IMG/VR virus record: IMGVR_UViG_3300036770_001342
Span: 42,894-106,893 of that record
Reading direction: 5' to 3' (one strand)
DNA from: a virus
DNA: 64,000 nt
Positions within the stretch are counted from its first letter, which is position 1. Each line of letters starts with the position of its first letter. The translations under genes were made by a program, and so were the position numbers. Under the pieces are notes generated by a model. That model did no database searches. It had not been told where the DNA came from and worked only from the letters and a program-made list of their open reading frames with translations. Below are positions 29,120-38,060 of the stretch, one piece after another.

Positions 29120-30950
29120 TTACTGTTCCGGGACGCCCTGTCGTTTGACTCGTACTATTTTTACTTGTATCCGCTGTGTTTCTAATAGCAAATTCAGGGA
29201 ACTCTTTATATAAATCATCTAGTTGTTTTTTAATAGCATTTCTTTCTGCTGCTTTTGCTTCATATTTTGCTTTTAGACTTGCAACGATACTTGACCCTTG
29301 AGGTAGTGTGTTTTCAGCAAGCCCATGTGCGGTATATGCTGCCATAAATTCTTCATTTTTCTTTTTGAATTTTTCTTTAAGTTCTTTTTGCTTAACGATA
29401 AACTCTTTTCTTTCTTCTGTAGTTTTTTCTATCTTGCCTGACGCTTGCTCACTTACACCTATATAATTAGGTTCTGGTATAGCCGCATCGTTCATAGCAT
29501 TTCTTAATTCGGCTGCTATAGTTTTTCTATCTGGCACAGTATTCACACCGGCACTAGGTGATTTTAATCCTAATCCTGCTGCTGATATCGAACCTAAAGC
29601 ATTTTGTAACAGTGATGCTGCTCCTGCAGGGAGTTTGCTTGAAACCATATCTACAAGACCATTTACACCTGATGCATTATTCAATATAGATAATCCTTGT
29701 GTCTGTATGTTGTTCATAGCGTCTGCTGATAAATTTTTAAGTTCTGCTTGTAAATCAGCAGTGCCGGGTAATTCTGGAGCATTTCCTTTACTAAAGTCGG
29801 TAATGCTAGCAACAGATCCTAGTGATCCGGGTAAGTTGTTTAATCCTGCTGCTAGTGAGGCTGCTGTTGTTGCCAAAGAACCAGTATTAGTGGCTGTAGC
29901 AAAATCTTTAAGTGAGGTGCCTGTAAATGGATTTGATAGAATATCAGGTAGTTCTGCTCCACTATCCATACTTGTACTGCTGCTAAGAGGAACGTTTGCT
30001 AAATTCATTAATGATTGCCCTACACTGCTTATTCCTTGAGGTAAGCGTGTAGTGCCCGTTAATCTACCTTGTATTTGTTGAGATAATTCGTTAGATGAAG
30101 ATCCTAATGAGGCGTCAGATACTTGTAGTGCTTTTAATTTTTGTAATTCTATTAAATCGTTGGGTTGATTTGGTTTTAGATTAGGTATACTATTTTTAAT
30201 TGTTTCGTATGCATCTGCTTGTAATCCTCGACCAGTGCTTACTAAACTACTTGAATTTGGATTTTTTGCTAAACTTTGCAATGCTGTTTCAACACCGCCT
30301 AAAGTTCCTAATCCACTTTCTGCTAACTTGCCTGCATAGTTACCCGCTTCAATATCTTTTTGTGTTTCGTCTAATAATCCTATAGGTTGTCTTTGTATTA
30401 AAGTACCATTTAAATCTCTATTGCTTTTTATTGTTCCTAAAACACTATCAACACCATTGTTGGCTGCACTTAATACAACACCGTTAATTTCACTAGGTGC
30501 TTCTGCACCTGTAATTAAACCTGAATTTTGTAACGCTGTTTGCGCTACCTGTAAATTTTTTACAACAGCATTTGATTGTGCCGGAATATTTCTAACAAAA
30601 CTATTATAATCTTTTGCACCTGACTTGCCTGTAAAAATAGCAGGAGGCATTGCCTGTGATATGTCATTGCCTGATGATAACAAACTTTGAACTAAACTAC
30701 TTGACCCAGGTTTAATAATACCTGCGTTCTCTAATTGTTTTGGTGTTAGTGCATATTGTCCTATGTAGGTTTCTGCACCTTGCGGTGTTTCAATAGTAGT
30801 ATAACCCTTCGTAGCGGCGGGTGCCAAATCACTTTGAACAACATTTTGTGCTATTGTACCCAATGTAGCCTGTGTGGTTAGTGGCCCAATGCTAGGACTT
30901 ACTTCAGGAGTTTTTGTTGCTTTTATTATATTGGCACTATCAACTATCAT
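29115..30950 (-). CDS. Tail-tip associated protein with degenerate lysozyme-like N-terminal domain and C-terminal coiled coil (611 aa)
   Basis: Lies between gp5 and gp25. YIGQYAL..KQLENAGIIK...FTGKSG...F..N..AQ resembles phage lysozyme-fold domains. AGGA RBS. Confidence 0.5.
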   Translation of the reverse strand: MIVDSANIIKATKTPEVSPSIGPLTTQATLGTIAQNVVQSDLAPAATKGYTTIETPQGAETYIGQYALTPKQLENAGIIKPGSSSLVQSLLSSGNDISQAMPPAIFTGKSGAKDYNSFVRNIPAQSNAVVKNLQVAQTALQNSGLITGAEAPSEINGVVLSAANNGVDSVLGTIKSNRDLNGTLIQRQPIGLLDETQKDIEAGNYAGKLAESGLGTLGGVETALQSLAKNPNSSSLVSTGRGLQADAYETIKNSIPNLKPNQPNDLIELQKLKALQVSDASLGSSSNELSQQIQGRLTGTTRLPQGISSVGQSLMNLANVPLSSSTSMDSGAELPDILSNPFTGTSLKDFATATNTGSLATTAASLAAGLNNLPGSLGSVASITDFSKGNAPELPGTADLQAELKNLSADAMNNIQTQGLSILNNASGVNGLVDMVSSKLPAGAASLLQNALGSISAAGLGLKSPSAGVNTVPDRKTIAAELRNAMNDAAIPEPNYIGVSEQASGKIEKTTEERKEFIVKQKELKEKFKKKNEEFMAAYTAHGLAENTLPQGSSIVASLKAKYEAKAAERNAIKKQLDDLYKEFPEFAIRNTADTSKNSTSQTTGRPGTVR

Positions 30951-30953
30951 ATG

Positions 30954-32435
30954 TTATCCTCTACCTCTTGTAAGAGGACCTTTAGGTGCAGTAGGTAATT
31001 TATTACTTGCTGCTCCGCTTGTTTGTACATTAACACCCAATCCTGCCATATCCCATGGCGCATGTGCTGGTGCGCGACTAGTAATACTTTTAAGTTTATT
31101 TGGTGCAGCAGTCCAGCCTTTTGTATTATCAAACAATGTATCTGTATGTTGGGTTTGATCAATGACTGGTACAGTTTGTGGGTTGGTTGATGTTTTGCCG
31201 GAGTTTAAATTTACTCTGCTACCATTAACAAATGCTTTTGCACCACTAGCCATACTTATATCACCTTGACTATACATGCTGTATGGACCATCTGCTTTTA
31301 CTGTATGTGTGCCTGTAGTATACTGATTGAAGTTTGCTCCCGATCTTACTTTCATATCTTTTTTACTTTCAATCTGTATATTTTCTGCTTGTATATTAAG
31401 ATTTTTAGTGGCATGTATGTTTACGTTATTATCTGCGTGTAGGTTTAAATCACCCTGTGTTCTGACGTTTACGCTGTTTGTACTATAAACATCGACAGTT
31501 CCTTCTTTACCCAATTCAATATAACTTTGACCGTTAGCGTGTAGTATCATTAATGTTTGACCACTGTCGCTCATCATAATCTGATGCCCTAATGATGAAC
31601 GTATGCGTACTAAGTTATCTTTACCTGCTATGTCGCCGTCATCCATTACAATACTATGTCCACCGCGACGAGCAACAACTTTTAATTGTTTATTTTTTTC
31701 TTGTAGATTATCAACAACTGTTTCGTCATTGTAGCCGCCTTCATATATTGGACGTCCGGGTGTGCTTACACCAAATCCTACTCTGCTTATATTTTCACGT
31801 TGTGCGCTACTTGTAATAGGACCGCGAATAGGATCTCTAATAACACCCTGCTGCCACATAGTACTTGCTATCCAACTCTGTACAGGTTTTGCGGCAGTCA
31901 AATATTTTGTTGTGTTTGAATATTCAGGGTTATTAGAATTAATATTTGTTGTTGGCAATATAGGTGCATCACCATACTTTTGCGCTTCAGTAGGGTTAGG
32001 AACGATAGCATTAGTTGCGCCTATAGCCGGCACCATTTGTAGTGCATCTGCTTCAGGAATACATCCTATGTAAAACCCACTGTCCAATTGTCCATCAGCA
32101 AAAATACACAATACTTGTGTGCCCACATCCGGCGGACTAAACCACATGCCATAACTACTTGAGTTGCCTTTATATGTTCCTTCTCCTGAGTTAGGACTAG
32201 TTGCCCTAGTTAATCCATAAAAAGGACTTAAAAATTGTACCTTACGCCAATTGCGATAATCTTCGGGGTCGGTACCGCTGTTATCTAATAGATAAACTTC
32301 TAATGTTCCCATACGTTTAGGATCGCTATTGTTTTTAACGATACCTATTACAGGTGTTAATCTGGGGTTGGCACCACCACTGAACGGACTATTTCTTTTT
32401 GTAGGGCCTTTGGGTTTTTGTACGTCTTGTGCCAT
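30954..32435 (-). CDS. gp5: Baseplate hub spike protein gp5/VgrG-like
   Basis: N-terminal OB fold (GIVKNNSDPKRMGTLEV...GMWFSPPDVGTQVLCIF), GHSIVMDD...RIRSSLGHQI, and C-terminal beta-helix repeats. Confidence 0.85.
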   Translation of the reverse strand: MAQDVQKPKGPTKRNSPFSGGANPRLTPVIGIVKNNSDPKRMGTLEVYLLDNSGTDPEDYRNWRKVQFLSPFYGLTRATSPNSGEGTYKGNSSSYGMWFSPPDVGTQVLCIFADGQLDSGFYIGCIPEADALQMVPAIGATNAIVPNPTEAQKYGDAPILPTTNINSNNPEYSNTTKYLTAAKPVQSWIASTMWQQGVIRDPIRGPITSSAQRENISRVGFGVSTPGRPIYEGGYNDETVVDNLQEKNKQLKVVARRGGHSIVMDDGDIAGKDNLVRIRSSLGHQIMMSDSGQTLMILHANGQSYIELGKEGTVDVYSTNSVNVRTQGDLNLHADNNVNIHATKNLNIQAENIQIESKKDMKVRSGANFNQYTTGTHTVKADGPYSMYSQGDISMASGAKAFVNGSRVNLNSGKTSTNPQTVPVIDQTQHTDTLFDNTKGWTAAPNKLKSITSRAPAHAPWDMAGLGVNVQTSGAASNKLPTAPKGPLTRGRG

Positions 32436-32437
32436 GT

Positions 32438-34975
32438 TTATCCTTTAAATCTTCCTGTACGTATTAATTCAATTTCGTCAGGTACATATCCTAAATTAAA
32501 CAACTCTGCATCACTTAAACTATTTAAATCAGTAGGTTCTCTACCTTGGTTTTCTGTTTGCGGAGCATTGTCAGGTACTGGTTGAACGTTACTGTCATCG
32601 TCAGCCACTTGTCCTTTAGGAGTGGTAATAGTTTCTTGACTACTTTGCTGTGATGGTGCTGCTTGTGTAGCGGGTGATCCTTCTTGCGGAGCCTTAGCAG
32701 GTTTGCTACCCGGAAAAGTAGGACCTATCAAGTTTAACGTTTGTTCAAATCTACCATTTGCAAAAACACTATCAACTTCTGTTAACATATAAACGATGTT
32801 GTCTTTTGCTATCGCTTTAACATCATCTGGATATTCTATAAACAAAATATTTTGATTTATTTTTTGTAATCCTGTACCGTCGTTGTAATCTTTGCCTTCT
32901 TTAAAACTTACTTCTACAAATACTTGTCCACCTTGAGCGTTAACTGTAAAGCCATCGGTGTCGTAGAATTGGTCGTATAGTGAACTAAGTGATGAAACTC
33001 CATCACGTACTAAAAAGTCTGGATCTCCTAAAATTTTCATACGTCCAGAATAGTATGCACCTAAATCATTTAGATAAGTTACAATACTATTTTGTGCTTC
33101 TAGTCCTACACCCAATGATGAAGTTCTGTCTCCATTATTTCTTACACCGGTAGCGATAGGCATTATTCCGCCACCGGTTGCAGTACCTGCAGGGTTGTCA
33201 CCACCACCGCCGTCTGATCGCAACCCTGTATTACCTGATGATGCACCATTACCTCCGGTACCCGGACCAGAATTATTTGCAGGATTTTGTGCTTCTCTGC
33301 CGCCCGCACTTGTTTGACCGCCACTTCCAGCCGCGTTTACTGAAGGTCCTAATCCTAACACACTATTAAAATACAGATAGTTAAAATTAAAATTCATATC
33401 TAAAATTTCAGTATTTTGTCCTGTAAACCAATATTCATATCTTTTGTGAGGACCATAATACTTTTTACCTGCTATACCATATGGAGTTTCTATACTAGGT
33501 ACATCATACATTTGTATAACATAATTCATTTTATATACCCAGTCTCCTAATATTGGATCCCAATTTGCTTCAGTAATTTCTGGTTTAATGTTTACCCATC
33601 TAATAGGTGCAGGTTCTTTTTGAGTTTGTTCGTAATTTTTCTTTTCGACATCGGGTTCTTGGGCGTTAAGAAAAATAGTTTTTAATGCTTTTTCCATAAA
33701 CGTGCTGCGTTTAATGATTGTTTCTATCGCTGATATAATCGCAGTGTCTTGATTAAATTGAAACTCTCTTTCTGTGGGTTCCGCAGTTTTATAATTTTGT
33801 CCGTCAGTGGATTCACCGGTCGTAGTCGCAGTTGTTGATCCCCAACGATATTTTTTTAAATCGGCGTCTGAAACTAACGGTGCGTCCTTAATTAAAATTT
33901 CTGCATCGCCTAAATATGTAACTGTGTATTCGTTGGCAAATTTTTGACTTGGAGGATTTATTGTTGTTTTATCTTTTTCTATTTTGTTTAAATTTTTAAA
34001 CAATCCTAATTCGCCCATTAATGCGTCATGTACCGTTTTTCCTTTAACTTTATTTCCTTGAGGCATTCTACCACGTTTAATACCAAACAGTGCTTGACCA
34101 TTTACGCTTACAGCCTTACATTGATATTGTACTGCTCTGCCATTAATTTGAAATTTCATTTCACTAATTTGAATATCATAAAAATTTTCAAACAATGCAT
34201 CGCCACCTAATGGATCAATGGCGTTTCCATAACGTGCATCTGATCCTTTTACTAGTCTACCGTCTTGATCATATCCGTAAAAACGAATACCTAAAACAAA
34301 GAACTGTCTAAATGCATTAAACAATTGTTGATAGTCTGGTGTGCTACTATATGCTTTAAGTGCCTCACTGGCTCTTTTTAAATCACTTAAAAAACTAAAT
34401 CCATATGGCTCAGTAATAGTAAATGATAATTCTGATACTGCTGTTGCTGGCGCGCCGGTACTTTTTGTACTAGTAAGTGTTTTAAATCTTAAGTTATCTA
34501 TAAAATAATCTACCGGCTCATTTTGACTTGATGGGGGCATTCTTTGACTGTTTGAATTATTAATACCGCCGCTTTGTGCAACAATAAATGCTCCACCTGT
34601 TACAGGTTTTGAACCTTGCCCCACTGGAGTAGCGCGACTTAATGCATCAATTTTTTTTCTACCTGAAGCCACAAAAGCCTTATATGCGTCAGGAGTAATC
34701 ATATACAAACTAATATTGTAAGTGTAACTTGCTAGTTTACTTAACGGGTTGTTTAATCTACGACCGGGTCTGCCGGCTGCAGGAGTTGGTTCTGCAACTC
34801 TTTTACCTGTTACTACAACTTCTTCTAAATCGTCTTTGGTTGTTGAAATACCTATTTCTGGTATTCCATCTGCGCCTATAGTTGCTTCTTGACCTGGGTC
34901 TGTTGGTCCAAATCCATCTACTGCATTTTTCTTATTAGGATTACTATCATCGTTATCCAAATTTTCATTTGCCAT
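32438..34975 (-). CDS. Baseplate hub protein (gp27/gpD position), 845 aa
   Basis: Lies between gp53 and gp5. NPLSKLASYTYNISL, FTITEPYGFSF, MKILGDPDF and Y.LTEVDSVFANGRFEQTL are typical of contractile-tail hub proteins. Confidence 0.65.
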   Translation of the reverse strand: MANENLDNDDSNPNKKNAVDGFGPTDPGQEATIGADGIPEIGISTTKDDLEEVVVTGKRVAEPTPAAGRPGRRLNNPLSKLASYTYNISLYMITPDAYKAFVASGRKKIDALSRATPVGQGSKPVTGGAFIVAQSGGINNSNSQRMPPSSQNEPVDYFIDNLRFKTLTSTKSTGAPATAVSELSFTITEPYGFSFLSDLKRASEALKAYSSTPDYQQLFNAFRQFFVLGIRFYGYDQDGRLVKGSDARYGNAIDPLGGDALFENFYDIQISEMKFQINGRAVQYQCKAVSVNGQALFGIKRGRMPQGNKVKGKTVHDALMGELGLFKNLNKIEKDKTTINPPSQKFANEYTVTYLGDAEILIKDAPLVSDADLKKYRWGSTTATTTGESTDGQNYKTAEPTEREFQFNQDTAIISAIETIIKRSTFMEKALKTIFLNAQEPDVEKKNYEQTQKEPAPIRWVNIKPEITEANWDPILGDWVYKMNYVIQMYDVPSIETPYGIAGKKYYGPHKRYEYWFTGQNTEILDMNFNFNYLYFNSVLGLGPSVNAAGSGGQTSAGGREAQNPANNSGPGTGGNGASSGNTGLRSDGGGGDNPAGTATGGGIMPIATGVRNNGDRTSSLGVGLEAQNSIVTYLNDLGAYYSGRMKILGDPDFLVRDGVSSLSSLYDQFYDTDGFTVNAQGGQVFVEVSFKEGKDYNDGTGLQKINQNILFIEYPDDVKAIAKDNIVYMLTEVDSVFANGRFEQTLNLIGPTFPGSKPAKAPQEGSPATQAAPSQQSSQETITTPKGQVADDDSNVQPVPDNAPQTENQGREPTDLNSLSDAELFNLGYVPDEIELIRTGRFKG

Positions 34976-34976
34976 A

Positions 34977-35291
34977 TTAGATACCTAACACTTGTCTTAA
35001 TGTTTCCATTTTAGGTATGTATATTTGAACGCCGGTTACAAAATCAAAGTATGGATCAAAACCCAGTCTGTTAGGATTACGTGCAGCAAACACCCACCAC
35101 AATCTACCATCGCTATACAAGTCATACGCTAATAAATCAGGGCGATATTGATAGACTTCTGGTATGGTATAAAGAACATCGCTAGAGAAACTAGGTATAG
35201 GTCTATATACCATAAAGTCTAAGAACTTGTCATTAAAAATTCCTGTATCTTTATAAGGACTTGTTGATGGATATAAATTATTCTGTGCCAT
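34977..35291 (-). CDS. gp53: Baseplate wedge protein gp53-like (LysM-type)
   Basis: YQYRPDLLAYDLYSDGRLWWVFAARN...G.QIYIP is the gp53/LysM signature. Confidence 0.8.
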   Translation of the reverse strand: MAQNNLYPSTSPYKDTGIFNDKFLDFMVYRPIPSFSSDVLYTIPEVYQYRPDLLAYDLYSDGRLWWVFAARNPNRLGFDPYFDFVTGVQIYIPKMETLRQVLGI

Positions 35292-36979
35292 TACCAGTGA
35301 CCTGCTCCTTTTCTACCTTGTGCTCCGTAACCTCTTATTAAGTTACCGTTAGCATAATCTTTAAGACTAAACACGTTACTTGTTTCATAACGTGACATAA
35401 TAGGTACACAACTTATTTGTAAATTAATTTTAGTTGGTACATAAGTTACATTTTGTTCATTGACAAACGAACCCGGTTTAAATCCTGACTGTACCCAATC
35501 AGGTGCGGACAATGCACCGCCTGGTGTTAGATTTAAACCTATTGCATTACCTACTGCTGCTATACCTTGTGACAAACGCCCCTGAATGTAATCCTGTGCC
35601 ATTTGACCCCAACCTTTTTTGATGACAGGTTTATTTGGGATATTTGGTGTTCTTTTTCCTGTAATTGTAACTTCTTCTAGTCCGTCACTTTCAGGATTAG
35701 CACCTGCTCTAATATAATCAACATCTGATGGCAATACGTAATTAAAGTTTTGTATTGCTAATGGATGCGCATTGAATTGAAATTCTCCTAACCCATATAG
35801 AAAACACATTGGTGGAGGTGTGCCTGGTTTAGGATTTTGATCTTGACCATAAAACATTTTAGTTGCGCTTCTAAAAAAATGTATGACCGCTAATAGATAT
35901 CTTGCTTCTGTAGTGTCTTGCGCTGTAAATTCACAACCAATATTAATATTGTCTACATAACTATTTTCATATTGATAATATCTATAGTTGCTATGTGCAG
36001 GATCGCTTGGTTGATAATTTGCCCCATATGTAACTTGAATGTTTGGAGTGTATGGAAAAATTACTCCGTCAGTTGTTCTTAATGGTTCTAGTAATGTATT
36101 ACTGCTATCATTGTAAAGATATGTAGAGCCGGGTGACAATGCTAAACGCACTCTCCAATCTTTTCTTGCTTTAAAATTAGTAGATTCTCTTTGAGTTGTT
36201 TGATTACGTGCATTGTTGGTTGCGCCGGTCGTACTGTTTGGTCTACGTGCAGTAACTACAACCTCTTCTAATCCATCATCTTCTGGTAAATTAAAATTAG
36301 GAGCATCTACGTTGATAGGACCTGCTCCTATCATACCGGGTTCATCAACTACAAGGTTATCGCCAAAATTAATATTAGGTGCGGAAACATTTACATCTCC
36401 TGCAGTGCCAGGAATATTAGGGTCAGAAATTTCTAAATTGTTATTAAGTCTTGAGCCGGTTACTGTAACAGTAGGTAAGTTAGCATCGGGATCATCAATA
36501 TTTGTATTTGCCGGAAACTGAGCACCTGCTGTACCTGTACCCTGCGCATTTACAGGTATACTTGCGCCCGGACCTTTACCGGCACTACCGGGATCGCCAT
36601 TACCTGCATTATTTGTACTTTGTGTTGATTGTCTAGTTGCTTGCTGCGCTTTAGCATATGCGGCATTAACTTTAGTTACAATTGGTTCTAAACGTTGAGC
36701 CAAACTTGTAAATTGATTCAACAATGCTCTTGCTTGATCTGCTTGCGCTTTACAACCTGCTCTAGTTGCTTGTTCTATAAATTGTGTAAGATAGGTCACT
36801 ACTATTTGTGCTTGACCTAAATCTACGTTAACAGCATTTGATATGCTGCTTAGTGAGGGTATATCAGTAGGTAATGTTCCAGACCCGCGACTAATACTTT
36901 GATTTCCTCTACTTAAGTAACTAGTAAAGTCACTACGTTGTTGATCTAATTCTTTTTGAAAATCTGCACAAGTTGCCAT
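35291..36979 (-). CDS. Tail tube initiator / baseplate-tube junction protein (gp48/gp54-like) with long N-terminal extension
   Basis: GVIFPYTPNI...HSNY...FTAQ...EARYLLAVIHFFRSATKMFYG...PPP...YG...P..I..F...LP.DVDY...VPT is a tube-fold initiator pattern. Upstream of gp53. Confidence 0.65.
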   Translation of the reverse strand: MATCADFQKELDQQRSDFTSYLSRGNQSISRGSGTLPTDIPSLSSISNAVNVDLGQAQIVVTYLTQFIEQATRAGCKAQADQARALLNQFTSLAQRLEPIVTKVNAAYAKAQQATRQSTQSTNNAGNGDPGSAGKGPGASIPVNAQGTGTAGAQFPANTNIDDPDANLPTVTVTGSRLNNNLEISDPNIPGTAGDVNVSAPNINFGDNLVVDEPGMIGAGPINVDAPNFNLPEDDGLEEVVVTARRPNSTTGATNNARNQTTQRESTNFKARKDWRVRLALSPGSTYLYNDSSNTLLEPLRTTDGVIFPYTPNIQVTYGANYQPSDPAHSNYRYYQYENSYVDNINIGCEFTAQDTTEARYLLAVIHFFRSATKMFYGQDQNPKPGTPPPMCFLYGLGEFQFNAHPLAIQNFNYVLPSDVDYIRAGANPESDGLEEVTITGKRTPNIPNKPVIKKGWGQMAQDYIQGRLSQGIAAVGNAIGLNLTPGGALSAPDWVQSGFKPGSFVNEQNVTYVPTKINLQISCVPIMSRYETSNVFSLKDYANGNLIRGYGAQGRKGAGHW

Positions 36980-37001
36980 TGTTTTTGTCCCGCAATGCTA
37001 G

Positions 37002-37009
37002 TATAAATA
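37002..37009 (+). promoter_or_regulatory. Late promoter (TATAAATA) pointing into the sigma-factor gene
   Basis: Exact T4 late consensus. Confidence 0.55.
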
Positions 37010-37023
37010 GCATGTCTGTGTAT

Positions 37024-37031
37024 TATTTATC
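37024..37031 (-). promoter_or_regulatory. Late promoter (GATAAATA) for the baseplate operon
   Basis: TAAATA about 45 nt upstream of the 36979 ATG. Confidence 0.65.
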
Positions 37032-37063
37032 GCCCTAAAAATCACCAATTTTTACTATAGGAC

Positions 37064-37092
37064 TTGACATTCATCGTCGGGCGTTGTATCAT
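37064..37092 (+). promoter_or_regulatory. Sigma70-type promoter TTGACA-N17-TATCAT for the late sigma gene
   Basis: Perfect -35, 17-nt spacer, 5/6 -10. Followed by GAGG RBS and ATG at 37120. Confidence 0.8.
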
Positions 37093-37119
37093 TTTTACAA
37101 CACAATTATAAGAGGAAAC

Positions 37120-38016
37120 ATGTCTACAGCAAAAAAACCAGTAAACTATCTAAACAATAAGGATATCTTAAAAGAGATACATGCAAGCAAAACCAGTTTT
37201 TGCAGTTTTTCAAGACAAGAGTATCATCAGTACGATCTAATCATAGATACTCCACAAAACACATTAGAAAAAAGCCTAGCATTAATTTCAAAGCCTAAAA
37301 ATATTAAGGCTGCTAGAGAAGCAAGAGCAGCAAGAATTCTAGTTCAGACCGGACAAGAAGTAAAACTAAAGGACATTCCAGTAACCGATCTAGTCTTTCG
37401 TGTCATGACTTGGGATCATATTCCAGTTAGCCCAAAACAACCACGTAAGGTTGTCAAGAAAAAGACTGCTAAAGACATATTAGAATTTGATGACATAGAT
37501 GACGAAAATCTATTTGAAGATTTAGAGATTGAAGAGACCAAAGATGATGTAGATGACATGGTTCATGTCAAGGTCAACTTCCCTCCTTTTCAACACTATA
37601 AGTTAGACGAAAACAATTCAGCCGTGTGTGTTGGCAAGAGTCATTGGAAAGGTGGTGTCAAGACTGGTGAGTTCAGTAAAGATCATGGTAAGATCACTGA
37701 TAAGTTAGCACGTATGTTTATCATGCTTTGCGAAAAGTATGCCATGAAATTCAACTGGCGCGGTTATACTTACAATGATGAAATGCGTAACAGTGCCATT
37801 CTTCAATTGACATATGTTGGACTGCGTTTCAACGAGGCTAAATCAGCAAATCCATTCGCATACTACACAGCCGCTATCACAAATAGTTTCTGTCGTGTAT
37901 TGAATACCGAAAAGCGTAATCAAAACATTCGTGATGATATTTTAGAAATGAATGGATTGAACCCAAGTTATACACGCCAAATGCGTGATCAGAAGTTTAA
38001 CGTTTACGAAGAATAA
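37120..38016 (+). CDS. gp55: Late-transcription sigma factor, T4 gp55-like
   Basis: NYLNNKD...; L..M...L...YA.K.NWRGYTYNDEM...AI.....FN..KS.NPFAYYT....NSF.R....EK..Q.I matches gp55. Upstream of gp47/46 as in T4. Start moved to 37120 on RBS and promoter evidence. Confidence 0.8.
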   Translation: MSTAKKPVNYLNNKDILKEIHASKTSFCSFSRQEYHQYDLIIDTPQNTLEKSLALISKPKNIKAAREARAARILVQTGQEVKLKDIPVTDLVFRVMTWDHIPVSPKQPRKVVKKKTAKDILEFDDIDDENLFEDLEIEETKDDVDDMVHVKVNFPPFQHYKLDENNSAVCVGKSHWKGGVKTGEFSKDHGKITDKLARMFIMLCEKYAMKFNWRGYTYNDEMRNSAILQLTYVGLRFNEAKSANPFAYYTAAITNSFCRVLNTEKRNQNIRDDILEMNGLNPSYTRQMRDQKFNVYEE

Positions 38017-38025
38017 CCAAAAAAC

Positions 38026-38054
38026 TTGAAGTAAATCAATAACTTACATAAAAT
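38026..38054 (+). promoter_or_regulatory. Sigma70-type promoter TTGAAG-N17-TAAAAT with an IHF-consensus site in the spacer
   Basis: The -10 ends 6 nt before the gp47 ATG. AATCAATAACTTA (38034-38046) matches WATCAANNNNTTR. Confidence 0.55.
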
Positions 38055-38060
38055 ATACTG

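Noticed and set aside
30948-30956. Stop-codon read-through or alternative genetic code fusing gp5 to the next ORF
   Set aside because: The stop is TAA with an AGGA RBS and ATG right after it. TAG and TGA end other genes cleanly, and very long ORFs translate with code 11.
37084-37119. Upstream TTG start for the sigma factor given in the ORF track
   Set aside because: It overlaps the -10 box. ATG 37120 has a GAGG RBS.
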